Assembly (NCBI GenBank): GCA_003344405.1
Contig: NOWV01000015.1
Span: forward strand, 868,001 to 903,458
Length of the DNA stretch: 35,458 bases
Origin: Trichoplax sp. H2
Lineage: Eukaryota
Direction: 5' to 3'
Part shown: positions 34,512 through 35,458 of the stretch, piece by piece
Position numbering within the stretch: the first letter of the stretch is position 1
How the letters are laid out: every line of letters starts with the position of its first letter
Notes under the pieces: generated by a model
Database searches by the model: none
What the model was told of the DNA's origin: nothing
What the model saw: the letters and a program-made list of their open reading frames with translations, nothing else
Position numbers and translations under genes: made by a program

Positions 34512-35458
34512 ATAAATTACTGAGTTACTTAGCAAGGAAAGAATTGTAATGGAAACATTACAACGATAGAGTACGGCGTGTAGAACAGAATTCTTACACC
34601 GTAAAAGACTAGTTTATTACTCTTTATACAGAATTACGTATATATCTAGTTATAGATACTAAACTTATAGTACTGGATTACATACGAGTATACAGTACAG
34701 TATACAGATTATTTAAGAACGGATATAGGATCTAATATATTTACATTATTACTGGTTCGATTTTATAGTAGTATGAATAATCTACATTAGCATAAATACG
34801 TGTAAATTGCATGGTATCATGCTTGAATTTCTTTTATTATTTTAGGCTCATTAACATCTTTGTTTTCTTTTTCTTTTTTTGCTGTAGATTTCTTCCAAGG
34901 CAGTTGACGATGATAATAATGAAAGAAATATGGATGGAGAAGTCTTTCAATTTCTAATGAATTAGATATCGTACGATCTGCTATATCAGAATCTTCACCA
35001 CCCCATTTAAATCGAAACTTTTGGTCATTCATGCCACCGACGTTAGCGTAATCCGATTTATAAAATGCAGATATACCGAATCCCCACAATTCAGGATAGC
35101 CATTCGGATATCTTGGTGCAAAGCCACAACCTAATCTTGTTACAATCGGAAAATATGCTGCTTTTCCTTGCTTACATCGTTTCCTAACATTATCTAACAT
35201 ATCGACTGGAAACGTAAGATGTAAATCATACATTAATAGGATAGCATCATCGTTACGAATCCATGTAGCTGCGCGGTTAATTCCTATAGTTCTAGAAAAT
35301 TGAAAGTTTTCAGTTTTAATGTTCATGTAATGGTGTTTTAGCGAGCTTGACTTCAATAACGCTGGAATGTCAACATCAGTACTATTGAAATCGGTGATAA
35401 TAAGGGTAAAATGGTCATCATGAGTTTGCTTGTAGTAACGACTTAATTGATTAATAAG
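33669..35458. repeat. Recent segmental duplication of the convergent G5/G6 3' ends (source 24738-27594)
   Basis: 33669-34690 matches 24738-25758; 34706-35458 matches 26837-27594; the 1078 bp at 25759-26836 is absent from this copy. Confidence 0.95.
34817..35458 (-). CDS. G8: G6 paralog, B4GALNT3/4-like catalytic C-terminus (partial; 5' end beyond the window)
   Basis: Frame is open from the window end to TGA at 34817; the listed start at 35356 is an internal TTG. DLH, WGGED and FHYYH are intact. Offset 7864 from G6. Confidence 0.85.
   Translation of the reverse strand, partial: LINQLSRYYKQTHDDHFTLIITDFNSTDVDIPALLKSSSLKHHYMNIKTENFQFSRTIGINRAATWIRNDDAILLMYDLHLTFPVDMLDNVRKRCKQGKAAYFPIVTRLGCGFAPRYPNGYPELWGFGISAFYKSDYANVGGMNDQKFRFKWGGEDSDIADRTISNSLEIERLLHPYFFHYYHRQLPWKKSTAKKEKENKDVNEPKIIKEIQA

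Overview
AT-rich eukaryotic genomic DNA, almost certainly animal (an early-branching metazoan such as a placozoan is plausible, but that is inference). It holds an expanded array of single-ORF, intron-free genes for Golgi type II membrane glycosyltransferases of the B4GALNT3/4 (LacdiNAc synthase) type. Each has an N-terminal TM anchor, a PA14 domain and a C-terminal GT-A catalytic domain with DLH and WGGED motifs. There are six full-length paralogs (G1-G6) and a seventh (G8, a recent duplicate of G6) that runs off the window end. G1 and G3 keep ~630-aa open frames but have lost the catalytic motifs, and they alternate with motif-intact G2 and G4. Only G6 keeps the PA14 Asp-Asp motif. The right end is a rearranged segmental duplication containing a G2 5' relic, a G5 pseudogene (solo-LTR-like insertion, 653-bp deletion, fold-back filler) and G8. 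G8 differs from G6 almost only in short patches at predicted substrate-binding loops and the C-terminal tail. A 73/78-bp minisatellite lies at 11447-12534. No rRNA, tRNA or CRISPR array was seen. All alignments and counts were done by eye.
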